Below, piece by piece: positions 37,470-46,208 of a stretch of DNA of 64,000 nt. Under the pieces are notes generated by a model. The model was not told the DNA's origin and searched no databases. It worked only from the letters and a program-made list of their open reading frames with translations. Position numbers and translations under genes: made by a program. Source of the stretch: an uncultured Planctomycetota bacterium. Lineage in GTDB: Bacteria; Planctomycetota; Planctomycetia; Isosphaerales; Isosphaeraceae. The stretch's first letter is position 1. Each line of letters starts with the position of its first letter. Location of the stretch: positions 64,001-128,000 of the forward strand of contig CAVTTN010000002.1 in NCBI GenBank assembly GCA_963737655.1, in the 5' to 3' direction.

Positions 37470-39488
37470 ATGAGAACGCCGAAGTTCTGGCTAACCTTGG
37501 GTTTCGTGCTGGTGCCTTCGCTCGGAACACTCGGCGCGGCCCCTCCAGACTCGTCGGACGATCGCCCCGCGTTCGAGAAGGCCAGGGCCGCCGCCGGGCG
37601 GGATGCCGGGGCCCTGATGAAGCTGGTCTTCTGGGCCGAGTCTCGGGGTTGGATGGCCGATCGGGCCGCTCTCCTGAAGGACGTGATCGCCGCCGACCCG
37701 ACCCGGCCCTCCGCTCGGGGCCTCCTCGGCCAGTTGGCCGACGGCTCGACCTGGCGGACCCCCGAGGAGGTGGCCCAGAGGGCCCGCAACGATTCCGAGC
37801 TCTCGGCGAAGCTGGCCGAGTATAACGCGCGTCGGGAGACGCTCTTCCAAATCGCCCAGAGGGAGAAGAACCAGGTCCGGACCCTGGAAAGCCAGGGCAA
37901 AGATCGAGAGGCAAAGACGTTTCAAGCTCGGATCGACCACCGGCTCGCCCCGGCCCACGTCGACCTCGGCCTCTGGTGCGAGAAGAACGGCCTGAAGGCG
38001 GAAGCGACCGCCCATTTTACCACGGCCGTGGGGCTGGACCCGTATCGCGACACCACCTGGAAGCACCTGGGGTACGTCCGGCACGGCGGCCGGTGGATGT
38101 CTCACGAGCAGATCCAGGCCCAGGAGAAGGAAGACGCCGCCCAGAGGCTCGCCGATCGCCACTGGGAGCCCCTCCTCAAGCGATGGAAAGCCTGGCTGGG
38201 CGAGAAGATCCATCGCGACGAGGCCGTCGCCCATCTCGCCGGGATCGACGACCCGAGGGCCGTCCCGGCGATCGATCGCGTCTTCGTCACGAACGATCGG
38301 AACGACCAGGAACGGGCCGTCAAGCTCCTGGGCCAGATCCGGTCCCCCGGGTCGTCGCAGGAGCTGGCGTTCCTCGCCGTGAGGAGCGATTTCGAGCCGG
38401 TCCGGTCGATGGCCATCGAGGCCCTGGAGGGGCGGGAGCCCCGCGACTACGCCGAGAACCTCGTGAAGATGATCCACGGGCCCTGGACCTACGAGGCGAT
38501 GGCGGTGAACGGCCCCGGCTCCAACGGGTCGCTCGTCGTCGATTCGGCCAAGTTCCACGTCGTTCGGACCTACGACGCCCCGGCCCCGTTCAAGCTCGGC
38601 TCCAGCTTCCGGGGCTACGTCGGTATCGACCCAAACGGCTTGCCCATCGTGATTAACGGCCGGGACCTGGACAAGTATTACAGCAAGCCCAAGGAGGCCG
38701 CCTCGATCCTCGCCCAGGACGAGAGGCAGACGGCCGAGATGCTCACGACCGCCCAGATCAAGGCCCAGACCGCCCAGCAACGGCTCCTGGCCGACATCCA
38801 GGACATCGAGACCAACAACGCCATCCTCGAAATCCTCAACCCGAGGATCGCGGCGGTCTTGAAAGGAACGCTCGACGCCCCGGACCTCGGCGACGACGAG
38901 GACGCCTGGCAGTCCTGGTGGTACGAACGGATCGGCTACCGCTTCACGCCGACGCCCAAGGCCATGCTCGCCCAGAATGCCGTCCCGCAGTATCCGGCGC
39001 CCCTGATCGTCAGTTGCTTCGCCGCCGGGACGCCCGTGAAGACCCGCGAGGGCCGGAAGCCGATCGAGGAGATTCGGGTCGGAGACCAGGTTCTCAGCCA
39101 GGACGCCGCCACCGGGGGCCTCGCCTTCCAGTCGGTCCTGGCCATCCACCACAACCCGCCGGACCAGACGCTGCGGATCACCCTGGACGAAGGCGACCCG
39201 ATCGTGGCCAGTCGCTTCCATCGCTTCTGGCTCGTCGGCCGGGGGTGGAAGATGGCCCGCGATCTCCAAACCGGCGACGTGGTCAGGACTTTGGGCGGCC
39301 CCTTGAAGGTCAAGACGATCGAACCCGGCCCGGTCGTCCCGGTGTTCAACCTGGACGTGGCCCGATCCCGAACCTATTTTGTGGGGGACCGGGACAGCCT
39401 GGTCCACGATAATACCCTGCCCGACCCCCACGCCCCGATCTTCGACGCCGGGCCGGTCCTGGCGGGATCGGCGACGAGGACGAAGTAA
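37470..39488 (+). CDS. Secreted HEAT-repeat protein with C-terminal Hint (intein-like, polymorphic-toxin-type) domain
   Basis: Signal peptide and HEAT-like units (DPRAVPAI, RAVKLLGQI). The Hint domain at 39015-39413 reads SCFAAGTPV, PIEEIRVGDQV, SRFHRFW, ARDLQTGD, VFNLDV and LVHDN. Confidence 0.88.
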   Translation: MRTPKFWLTLGFVLVPSLGTLGAAPPDSSDDRPAFEKARAAAGRDAGALMKLVFWAESRGWMADRAALLKDVIAADPTRPSARGLLGQLADGSTWRTPEEVAQRARNDSELSAKLAEYNARRETLFQIAQREKNQVRTLESQGKDREAKTFQARIDHRLAPAHVDLGLWCEKNGLKAEATAHFTTAVGLDPYRDTTWKHLGYVRHGGRWMSHEQIQAQEKEDAAQRLADRHWEPLLKRWKAWLGEKIHRDEAVAHLAGIDDPRAVPAIDRVFVTNDRNDQERAVKLLGQIRSPGSSQELAFLAVRSDFEPVRSMAIEALEGREPRDYAENLVKMIHGPWTYEAMAVNGPGSNGSLVVDSAKFHVVRTYDAPAPFKLGSSFRGYVGIDPNGLPIVINGRDLDKYYSKPKEAASILAQDERQTAEMLTTAQIKAQTAQQRLLADIQDIETNNAILEILNPRIAAVLKGTLDAPDLGDDEDAWQSWWYERIGYRFTPTPKAMLAQNAVPQYPAPLIVSCFAAGTPVKTREGRKPIEEIRVGDQVLSQDAATGGLAFQSVLAIHHNPPDQTLRITLDEGDPIVASRFHRFWLVGRGWKMARDLQTGDVVRTLGGPLKVKTIEPGPVVPVFNLDVARSRTYFVGDRDSLVHDNTLPDPHAPIFDAGPVLAGSATRTK

Positions 39489-39522
39489 GCCGGGGACCGC
39501 AACCTTCGAGGCCGAGAGCCCG

Positions 39523-40473
39523 GTGAACGATCCGACCGAACCCCCGGCCCTCGACCTCTCGGTTCGGCTCGGGCGGCTCTCCCTGAAGAACCCGGTCCTC
39601 GTGGCGTCGGGGACGTTCGGTTACGTCCGCGAAATGAGCGGCTTCGTCCGGCTCGACCGGCTCGGCGGGGTAATCCCGAAGACCGTCACGGCGAAGCCCC
39701 GGGCGGGCAATCCCACGCCTCGGACGGTTGAGACCCCCTCGGGCCTCCTGAACGCGATCGGCCTCGATAACGACGGCCTCGACCACTTCCGGGAGCATCA
39801 CCTGCCGTATTTGAGGACGGTCGGGACGGCCGTGATCGTCAATATCGCGGGCGAGGACGAGGATCAATTCGTCGAAATGGCCGAAACCCTCGCCGGTGAG
39901 CCGGGGATCGCGGCCATCGAGCTGAACGTATCGTGCCCGAACGTCAGCCACGGCCTGGATTTGGGGATCGACCCCCGGGCCGTCGGCCGGCTGGTCGCGA
40001 GGGTCCGGGCGGCCTGCCCGCAACCGATCCTGGCGAAATTGACCCCCAACGTAACGGACATCGTCGCCATCGCCGCCGCCGCCGCCGAGGGCGGGGCCGA
40101 CGCCGTCAGCCTGATCAACACGTTTCGCGGCCTGGTGATCGACTGGAAGCGCCGACGGCCCGTCCTGGCCAACGACGTGGGCGGCCTCAGCGGGCCGGCG
40201 ATCAAGCCCCTGGCCCTGCGGATGGTCTGGGACGTATCGCGGGCCTTACCCAGCTTGCCCATCCTGGGGATTGGCGGGATCGGCTCGGCGGAGGACGCCA
40301 CCGAATTCCTCCTGGCCGGCGCCTCGGCCATCCAGGTCGGAACGGCCACGTTCGCCGACCCGTCGGCCGCCGATCGGCTGGTGGACGAGCTCCCGAAATG
40401 CCTCCAAACCCTGGGCGCCCAATCGGTTGCGGAAATCGTGGGAACGCTCCGCTCCAACCGTCCGGGACGATAA
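39523..40473 (+). CDS. pyrD: Dihydroorotate dehydrogenase, family 1 catalytic subunit
   Basis: KNPVLVASGTFGY, GNPTPR, LNAIGL, ELNVSCPNV, KLTPNVTD, SLINT and GGLSGPAIKP. Confidence 0.95.
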   Translation: MNDPTEPPALDLSVRLGRLSLKNPVLVASGTFGYVREMSGFVRLDRLGGVIPKTVTAKPRAGNPTPRTVETPSGLLNAIGLDNDGLDHFREHHLPYLRTVGTAVIVNIAGEDEDQFVEMAETLAGEPGIAAIELNVSCPNVSHGLDLGIDPRAVGRLVARVRAACPQPILAKLTPNVTDIVAIAAAAAEGGADAVSLINTFRGLVIDWKRRRPVLANDVGGLSGPAIKPLALRMVWDVSRALPSLPILGIGGIGSAEDATEFLLAGASAIQVGTATFADPSAADRLVDELPKCLQTLGAQSVAEIVGTLRSNRPGR

Positions 40474-40557
40474 GTCCGCCTCCCACGAATCATGCTCGGG
40501 GAGACCGGGGCCCTGCGATCACCGACTTCGATCGGGTCGCAAACGGATTGCATTATC

Positions 40558-40617
40558 GTAGGGCAGGCCTTGGCCTGCCGAGATTCGCCGATCTCGGCAG
40601 GCCAAGGCCTGCCCTAC
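40558..40617. repeat. GTAG-type REP doublet family B, copy 2
   Basis: GTAGGGCAGGCCTTGGCCTGCCGAGAT...ATCTCGGCAGGCCAAGGCCTGCCCTAC, between convergent genes. Confidence 0.85.
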
Positions 40618-40657
40618 AACGACCGATGTGAATCTCGGCCGTTGATGGATCTCTCGC

Positions 40658-41353
40658 TCAGGATGGGACTTCGGAAGAATGGACATCGGACTTTCGGCGG
40701 ATTCGATGGAGAGTCCCGCGGACGTCGGCCCCCTCCGCCGTCCGAGAACGAATCGGCTCGGACTGGGCGTCCAGCCCTCGGGAAGCGAGGCAGGCGCCGA
40801 GGTCTTCGGTCGCGACCCGATACGGCCCGGCGACCAGCGCCACTCCCCCGGGTTCCAGCATGGCGGCAATCACGTCGGCGACGAGCGGGACGAGCCTCTT
40901 CTCGTAGAGAACGTCCGCGCCGAGGATCACCGGGTAGCGCCGGGCCTCGGGCCGCCTCCAGTCGAGGATTCGGGTCGAGAATCGTTCCGGGGGGAATCCG
41001 CTGGCCTGGACGCTCCGGCTCACGAAGCGGAGGGGGGCGTCGTCATAGTCGGTGAAATCGACCGTCATCCCCCGGGCCAGCCCGACCAGGCCCGCCAAAC
41101 CCAGTCCGCAACCCATTTCCAGGGCGGTTTTTCCGTTCAGCCCAGGCTCTCGGGCGACGGCCTCGGCCAGCAGGAAGGCCCCGGGCCAGAGATAGGCCCA
41201 GTAGGGCATGTAGTCGTCGGCCCGATTCCATGATCGCACGCCCTCATCGTCGAGGAGGCGGTCGGGGTCCGTAGGACGGACGACCTTCACCGTCGCCTCG
41301 CCGAACTGGAGGGTCGTCGTGGTCTCCGGCCCGTCATACTCCGTCTGGATCAC
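40658..41353 (-). CDS. Class I SAM methyltransferase (Methyltransf_16 / protein-lysine methyltransferase-like)
   Basis: MPYWAYLWP, LEMGCGLGL, FTDY, LDWR and ILGADVLYE; start uncertain. Confidence 0.85.
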   Translation of the reverse strand: MIQTEYDGPETTTTLQFGEATVKVVRPTDPDRLLDDEGVRSWNRADDYMPYWAYLWPGAFLLAEAVAREPGLNGKTALEMGCGLGLAGLVGLARGMTVDFTDYDDAPLRFVSRSVQASGFPPERFSTRILDWRRPEARRYPVILGADVLYEKRLVPLVADVIAAMLEPGGVALVAGPYRVATEDLGACLASRGLDAQSEPIRSRTAEGADVRGTLHRIRRKSDVHSSEVPS

Positions 41354-41438
41354 GATCGGTGGCCTTTCGCGCCGGTCCTCGGGATTTTTCCGGATCCCGT
41401 TGATTCATCACCGCACTCTCTTTATAATCCGGGTGGCG

Positions 41439-41455
41439 TTGATACTGAATCTCAA
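41439..41455. promoter_or_regulatory. Putative Fur-type operator upstream of the feo operon
   Basis: AT-rich near-palindrome TTGATACTGAATCTCAA, 17 bp before the feoA ATG. Confidence 0.6.
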
Positions 41456-41472
41456 TTGCAGAGACCACCCCC

Positions 41473-41727
41473 ATGACGGGATTGATGCCCGCAACCGAGT
41501 TGGTCCTCCTGGGCCTGCTGACCGCCGGCCAGACGGCGACGGTGGAGACGGTCCTGGGCGGTTCGGAGGAGGTCCACCGGCTCCGGGAGATCGGCCTGAC
41601 CGACGGGGCGAGGGTCCAGATGCTCCAGCCGGGCCGGTTGTGCCTGCTGAAGCTGGGGGACCAGAGGCTCGGCGTGCGGTCCGAGGCGTTGAGCACGGTC
41701 CTGGTGAGGACCGAGGCCCGCGCGTGA
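41473..41727 (+). CDS. feoA: Ferrous iron transport protein A
   Basis: HRLREIGLTDGARV SH3-like FeoA motif; first gene of the operon. Confidence 0.85.
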   Translation: MTGLMPATELVLLGLLTAGQTATVETVLGGSEEVHRLREIGLTDGARVQMLQPGRLCLLKLGDQRLGVRSEALSTVLVRTEARA

Positions 41728-41951
41728 CCCGGCTCTCGGAGCTGAAGGTCGGCGGGTCGGGCCGGGTGGTCCGGGTGGAAGGCTCCGGCGAGGTCAGTTG
41801 TCGTTTGTTGGAAATGGGCCTCACGCCGGGAGTTATGGTCAAGGTTTTGGGGACGGCCCCGTGGGGCGACCCGATCGAGCTGGACGTCCGCAACTACCGC
41901 CTGAGCGTCCGCAAGAGCGAAGCCGCGATGGTCGAGATCGATCCCTCCTGA
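41724..41951 (+). CDS. feoA: Ferrous iron transport protein A (second copy)
   Basis: RLLEMGLTPG, APWGDPIE and LSVRKSEA; GTGA overlap with the first feoA. Confidence 0.92.
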   Translation: MTRLSELKVGGSGRVVRVEGSGEVSCRLLEMGLTPGVMVKVLGTAPWGDPIELDVRNYRLSVRKSEAAMVEIDPS

Positions 41952-42004
41952 CTCGCGTTCCCCGCCTCTTCTCTCCTCTCCTCCGCACCGACGAGGCAGC
42001 CCCC

Positions 42005-44206
42005 GTGAGCACGGAGCTAGCCGCCGGCCCCCTCTCGGCCACGATCGCCCTGATCGGCAACCCGAACACGGGCAAATCGACCCTGTTCTCGGCCCTGGCC
42101 GGGGTCCATCAGAAGACGGGCAACTACCCCGGCGTGACCGTCGAGAAGAAGCTCGGCCACACCACCCACCACGGGCGAAAGTGGACGCTGATCGACCTGC
42201 CCGGGACCTACAGCCTCGCGCCCAGGTCGCCCGATGAGATGGTCGCCGTGGACGTCCTCACGGGCAGGCTGCCGGACGTCCCGGCGCTCGACGCGGTCGT
42301 CTGCATCGTCGATGCCAGCAACCTGGAGAGGAATCTCTACCTCGTCAGCCAGGTCCTGGAGATGGGCCGGCCCACGGTCGTCGCCCTGAACATGATCGAC
42401 GTGGCGAAGCTGCGAGGGATCGCGATCGACCGCGAGGTTCTGGCCAAGCGCCTGGGCGTCCCGGTGATCGAAGTCCAGGCGAATCGCCGGCTCGGGCTGG
42501 CCGACCTGAAATCGGCCCTGGCCGACGAGCTGGGCGAGACGGCCCGGGCCCCCGAATCGCCGTTTCCCCCGGCCTTCGTGGCGGAGGTGGATCGCCTGGC
42601 CGAGTCCCTGGGTGCCCTGGACCTCCCCCGATACCTCGTCGAGCGCCTCTTGCTCGACGCCTCGGGCTATCTCGAGGGTCGACTGGCGTCTCGTCTCGTC
42701 GGGATCGACCTCCGGACGACCCTCCAGGAGGCCCGGGCCCGCCTGGCCGAGGCGGGCTTGCCGGTGCCGGCCGTCGAGGCGATGGCCAGGTACGGATGGG
42801 TCGGCAAGGTGCTCGAGGGCGTGGTAACCCGGCCCGATTCCCGGCCGATCACCGGGGCCGACCGGCTCGACCGCGTCCTGACCCATCGGCTCTGGGGCTC
42901 GTTGATCTTCGCGGTGGTCATGCTCGCGATGTTCCAGGCGCTCTTCCGCGGCGCGACGCCCTTGAGCGACCTGATCGGCGACTCGATCGGCCTGGTCGGC
43001 GAGTTCGTCGGCTCCTTCCTGGGCGAAGGGCCGCTCAGGAGCCTCCTGGTCGACGGGGTGATCGGCGGGGTCGGCTCGGTCCTGGTCTTCCTCCCGCAAA
43101 TCTTCTTCCTGTTCTTCTTCATCGCGATCCTGGAAGACTGCGGCTACATGGCCCGGGCCGCGTACCTGATGGACCGGCTGATGGTCCGCCTCGGGCTCAG
43201 CGGGAAGTCCTTCATCCCCCTCCTGTCCTCGTTCGCCTGCGCGATCCCCGGCGTGATGGCGGCCCGGGTGATCGAGAATCGGCGGGACCGCTTGACGACC
43301 ATCCTGATCGCCCCCCTGATGAGCTGCTCGGCGCGGTTGCCCGTCTATACGTTGATGATCGCGGCGTTCATCCCGGACCGGGTCTACGCCCGGGTGATCA
43401 GCCTCCAGGCCCTGACGCTCTTCGCGATGTATGCCCTGGGGATCGTCACGGCGGCGATCGTCGCGTGGATCCTCAAGAGGACGATCTTCCGAGGGCCCAC
43501 GCCCCCGTTCGTGATGGAGCTCCCGCCCTACAAGAGGCCGTCGGCCCGGCTGGTCCTGCATCGGATGGTCAGCCAGGGGGTCGGGTTCGTCCGACGGGCC
43601 GGGACGGTGATCCTCGCGGTCTCGGTGATCGTCTGGGCCGCGTCGTACTTCCCCCACGATCGCCGGGCCGTGGAGGGGCCGTACCGGGCCGAGCTCGATC
43701 GGCTGGAACAGGCACCGTCCGAAGATGCCCCGGCCAAGGAGCGTCTGGCCGAGATCCGCCAGAAGCTCGCCGGGGACTACCAGAGGACCAGCTATCTCGG
43801 CCGGGCCGGCCGCTGGATCGAGCCGGCGGTCCGCCCCCTGGGGTGGGACTGGCGGATCGGCTGCGCGGCCCTCGCCTCGTTCCCGGCCCGGGAGGTCGTC
43901 GTGGCCACCCTGGGCGTCCTCTTCGACGTGGGGTCCGAGGCGGCGAACGACCCGGACGACCACCGCCTCCAGTCGGCCCTGAAGTCGGCCCGATGGGGCG
44001 GCTCCGACCGCCCGGTGTTCAACGTCCCCGTGGCCCTGTCCCTGATGGTCTTCTTCGCCCTGTGCGCCCAGTGCACCTCGACGCTCGCCGTGATCCGCCG
44101 CGAGACCAATAGCTGGTCCTGGCCTGCGTTCACTTTCCTTTATATGACCGTGCTGGCCTATCTCGCGGCGTTCGCCACGTACCAGATCGGCATCCGATTC
44201 GCCTGA
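42005..44206 (+). CDS. feoB: Ferrous iron transport protein B
   Basis: G1 GNPNTGKS, GNYPGVTVE, G3 DLPG, G4 NMID; membrane part ILEDCGYMARAA, MSCSARLPVY and CAQC. Confidence 0.97.
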   Translation: MSTELAAGPLSATIALIGNPNTGKSTLFSALAGVHQKTGNYPGVTVEKKLGHTTHHGRKWTLIDLPGTYSLAPRSPDEMVAVDVLTGRLPDVPALDAVVCIVDASNLERNLYLVSQVLEMGRPTVVALNMIDVAKLRGIAIDREVLAKRLGVPVIEVQANRRLGLADLKSALADELGETARAPESPFPPAFVAEVDRLAESLGALDLPRYLVERLLLDASGYLEGRLASRLVGIDLRTTLQEARARLAEAGLPVPAVEAMARYGWVGKVLEGVVTRPDSRPITGADRLDRVLTHRLWGSLIFAVVMLAMFQALFRGATPLSDLIGDSIGLVGEFVGSFLGEGPLRSLLVDGVIGGVGSVLVFLPQIFFLFFFIAILEDCGYMARAAYLMDRLMVRLGLSGKSFIPLLSSFACAIPGVMAARVIENRRDRLTTILIAPLMSCSARLPVYTLMIAAFIPDRVYARVISLQALTLFAMYALGIVTAAIVAWILKRTIFRGPTPPFVMELPPYKRPSARLVLHRMVSQGVGFVRRAGTVILAVSVIVWAASYFPHDRRAVEGPYRAELDRLEQAPSEDAPAKERLAEIRQKLAGDYQRTSYLGRAGRWIEPAVRPLGWDWRIGCAALASFPAREVVVATLGVLFDVGSEAANDPDDHRLQSALKSARWGGSDRPVFNVPVALSLMVFFALCAQCTSTLAVIRRETNSWSWPAFTFLYMTVLAYLAAFATYQIGIRFA

Positions 44207-44230
44207 ATGGTGGAGGAGGAGGGCGGTCCG

Positions 44231-44455
44231 ATGAACGCATTCCTTCAAATGATCGTGACGCTCGCGGCGGTGGCCGTCTCGGCGGGATACCTCGGGCTCC
44301 GGGCCTGGCGGGCCTCCCGGGCGAAGACCGTCTCGGGCTGCGGATCGTGCGCCTCCTGCCCGGTCGGTCCGGCGGCGAAGGGAAGACCGGGACCGGCGAT
44401 CGAGGTGGTTTCGATCGGCCTCGGGCCCGTGAAGAGGCCCGGAATCCCCTCGTGA
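44231..44455 (+). CDS. FeoB-associated Cys-rich small membrane protein
   Basis: One TM helix followed by GCGSCASCP, directly after feoB. Confidence 0.75.
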   Translation: MNAFLQMIVTLAAVAVSAGYLGLRAWRASRAKTVSGCGSCASCPVGPAAKGRPGPAIEVVSIGLGPVKRPGIPS

Positions 44456-44465
44456 CCCGGCAAAC

Positions 44466-44517
44466 CGCCGTCGGCGCGGCCTTTTTCGTTTGACAGCCGC
44501 GCCGACGGCGATACGAT
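44466..44517 (+). promoter_or_regulatory. Hairpin overlapping a sigma70-like promoter for the tat cluster
   Basis: 15-bp perfect inverted repeat (44466-44480 / 44496-44510) with TTGACA (44490-44495) in the loop and TACGAT at 44512-44517. Confidence 0.5.
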
Positions 44518-44728
44518 AGGAGCACAGCCCTCCCGCGTCGTCCCTGTCGAGACGCCATTGCCTCGGTCGGTGCCGATCTGTCGGCCCCTCCGCATCGAGG
44601 TCTCTCCCCCGTGCTCGACGCGATCCTCCATCCCTCCGCGATCGTTCGTGTCGCGACGCCCCTTGGCGCGTCGGGGAAGAGGCTCTGCGCGGTCCCCGAT
44701 GGTCCGGGGCCCTGGGAGACTCGCGGCC

Positions 44729-45013
44729 ATGACGGACTTCTCGCCGCTCTGGGCCTTCTTCGGCCTGTTCGCCGGGCCATGGAAGCTCGCGGCGGTCGCC
44801 GCCGTGATCGCCCTGTTCTACGGCCCGAGATTGCGGTCCCTGGCCGGGCGATTCGCCCGGGGCGAGCCGCCGCCTCGGCCCGAGGCCCGATCGCCGGCCC
44901 GTCGGGCCCTCGGCGATCGCCTCTTCCTGCTCCTGCTCGTGATGGCGGCCTCGGCCGTGGCCACGTGGATCGTCGTGAAGATGACCATCTCGGCCGGGCC
45001 CTCCCCTCGATAG
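44729..45013 (+). CDS. Small membrane protein with TatA-like N-terminus and extra C-terminal TM helix
   Basis: FFGLFAGPWKLAAVAAVIALFYGPRLRSLAG resembles TM-FG-amphipathic helix; second TM LFLLLLVMAASAVATWIVV. Confidence 0.55.
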   Translation: MTDFSPLWAFFGLFAGPWKLAAVAAVIALFYGPRLRSLAGRFARGEPPPRPEARSPARRALGDRLFLLLLVMAASAVATWIVVKMTISAGPSPR

Positions 45014-45053
45014 ACCGAGCAATCCCCACGCACCCCAGACCAGGAGTTCGACC

Positions 45054-45275
45054 ATGCTGCCTTTGATCGCCTTCGGGTTGCCCCAGGGCGGAGAGCTGAT
45101 CGTCATCGGCCTCGTCGCCCTGCTGATCTTCGGCAACCGCCTCCCCGGCGTCATGAGGTCGCTCGGCAAGAGCGTGACCGAGTTCAAGAAGGGGGTCGCC
45201 GGGATCGAGGAAGAGATCGACCAGGCCGTGACCGCCGACAAGAAGACGACCGCCCCGAAGACCAACGCCGACTGA
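45054..45275 (+). CDS. tatA: Twin-arginine translocase TatA/TatE
   Basis: ELIVIGLVALLIFGNRLPGVMRSLGKSVTEFKKG; AGGAG RBS. Confidence 0.93.
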   Translation: MLPLIAFGLPQGGELIVIGLVALLIFGNRLPGVMRSLGKSVTEFKKGVAGIEEEIDQAVTADKKTTAPKTNAD

Positions 45276-45327
45276 CCCCGTCGAGGCCGTCCCCCGAACA
45301 CATTCCCGATCGTCACCGGAGACCGCC

Positions 45328-45621
45328 ATGCTGCCCAACCTCCAGCCGGGAGAGATGCTGGTCATCCTCCTGGTCGGCGTCCTCCTGTTCGGCAAGAAGC
45401 TCCCCGAGGTCGGCCGATCGCTGGGCAAGGGGATCGTCGAGTTCAAGAAGGGACTCCGGGGGTTCGACGACGACCACGAGGCCGAAACCGCCTCGAAATC
45501 GTCCTACCGGAGCGACTCGACCCCCACCGACGAGGCCGGGATGGTCTCGATCCCCAAGTTCGAGCCGCCCACCTCCGCGCCCACGCTCCAAACCGGGACC
45601 GAATCGCCGGTCCAGGGATGA
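45328..45621 (+). CDS. tatA: Twin-arginine translocase TatA/TatE family (second paralog)
   Basis: EMLVILLVGVLLFGKKLPEVGRSLGKGIVEFKKG. Confidence 0.9.
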   Translation: MLPNLQPGEMLVILLVGVLLFGKKLPEVGRSLGKGIVEFKKGLRGFDDDHEAETASKSSYRSDSTPTDEAGMVSIPKFEPPTSAPTLQTGTESPVQG

Positions 45622-45695
45622 CTTGAAGAGACGAACCATCGCGGATAGGATCTCTCATCGCGGAGGGCGGGCCGGCTCGTGGCTCCCCTCCGATC

Positions 45696-45768
45696 GGGCG
45701 GCTAACTCAGCGGTTAGAGTGCCATCCTCACACGGTGGAAGTCGCAGGTTCGAATCCTGCGCCGCCCA
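45696..45768 (+). tRNA. tRNA-Val (anticodon CAC)
   Basis: Acceptor GGGCGGC/GCCGCCC, D-arm ACTC/GAGT, anticodon loop CT-CAC-AC, T-loop GGTTCGAATCC; CCA not encoded. Confidence 0.95.
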
Positions 45769-45823
45769 TGCGATCACGTCGGCCCTGGATGGGCTTGGAT
45801 CCCATCCCTCCCGGAGGTGGGCC

Positions 45824-46156
45824 GTGGCCATCCCGGATCATTCCTCACGAGAGGACGTGGAACGGCTCCCGGGGCCGGTGCTCCTGGAGTTTGGCGCGAG
45901 CTGGTGCGGCCATTGTCGCGCCCTGGCCCCTCGATTGGCGGAGCTTCTCCGATCCCGTCCCGACGTCCTCCATGTGAAGGTGGAGGATGGTCCGGGGAGG
46001 TCGTTGGGTCGTTCCTTCGGAGTGAAGCTCTGGCCGACCCTGGTCTTCCTCCGCGATGGCCGGGTCGTGAATCAGGTGGCCCGGCCGGGGATGGACGCGG
46101 TTCGCGACGGCCTGGCGAGGATCGCTGGAGATGACGAATCCCCGTCCGGGGCCTGA
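45824..46156 (+). CDS. Thioredoxin family protein
   Basis: VLLEFGASWCGHCRAL and FGVKLWPTLVFLRDG; GGAGG RBS before GTG. Confidence 0.88.
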   Translation: MAIPDHSSREDVERLPGPVLLEFGASWCGHCRALAPRLAELLRSRPDVLHVKVEDGPGRSLGRSFGVKLWPTLVFLRDGRVVNQVARPGMDAVRDGLARIAGDDESPSGA

Positions 46157-46208
46157 GCGGCACCGGCCGGGGATGCGTTGCGTTCGGACGAGTCGGAAAG
46201 CTTGCGGC

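Noticed and set aside
39015..39413. Mobile intein with homing endonuclease
   Set aside because: Only 133 aa, no LAGLIDADG/HNH domain, and not inserted in a conserved host protein; better described as a Hint domain.
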